From positions 15,996,001 through 16,060,000 of the forward strand of contig JBHGNT010000015.1 in the NCBI GenBank assembly GCA_043228905.1: DNA of 64,000 nucleotides, read 5' to 3'. Positions within the stretch are counted from its first letter, which is position 1. Every line of letters begins with the position of its first letter. The translations under genes were made by a program, and so were the position numbers. Positions 63,801 through 64,000 of the stretch are shown in pieces. The notes below the pieces were generated by a model. It saw only the letters and a program-made list of their open reading frames with translations, was not told where the DNA came from and did not search any database. The DNA is from Azolla caroliniana (Eukaryota > Plantae > Polypodiophyta).

Positions 63801-64000
63801 CGAAATGGGATACCGACTCTGGGACCCCGAACGCAGGCAAATCGTTCGAAGTTCGGACGTTGTGTTCAACGAGTCGGCTATGAACCCATCAGTCGAAAAA
63901 CCGATCGAAGTCCGAAGGGTAACATTTTCTGATGTGCCGACCCTTCAAGAAGGCCCCGCTCTCAACACACGGTCAGCTTCACGGGTAGCTGAACCTTACA
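60892..64000 (+). mobile_element. Copia-A2, sister copy of A1 running off the window; premature stop in gag
   Basis: 5' LTR 60892-61180, PBS TGGTATCAGAGC 61183-61194. The ORF from 61726 is nearly identical to A1 but has TGA at 62401-62403 (CGA in A1); the frame stays open afterwards. Confidence 0.95.

Overview
Eukaryotic (land-plant) nuclear DNA, probably from a seed-free lineage judging by the retroelement families (inference). The window holds one intact host gene, a 12-exon peroxisomal copper amine oxidase (CuAO-zeta type, minus strand, 18842-23556, about 763 aa, C-terminal SKL). The rest is mostly nested LTR retrotransposons. Copia-A has one intact young copy (5324-10787; 292-bp LTRs about 99% identical; uninterrupted 1338-aa polyprotein), a sister copy from 60892 and an older relative. 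Copia-B has five copies, two of them full length (28597-47580 and 48703-55433). There is also an old Copia-C, a chromodomain-bearing Gypsy (37243-44256), a degenerate non-chromovirus Gypsy (1-3390), a tRNA-Trp-primed Gypsy family (30023-36030 plus solo LTRs and fragments) that makes 4-bp target duplications, and a truncated hAT-like MITE. The most unusual observations are: (1) LTR-like elements carrying several tRNA-type A/B-box modules plus an RY-motif array; (2) 4-bp, CG-containing TSDs, with two independent insertions at CCGC in Copia-B RNase H; (3) a frame-conserved 177-206-codon acidic/basic extension after Copia-B RNase H, lying between two PPT-like tracts; (4) an inverted repeat enclosing the PPT/U3 junction in three unrelated Copia families; (5) a palindromic repeat-spacer array in the chromovirus leader. 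All coordinates and identity values were read or counted by hand.
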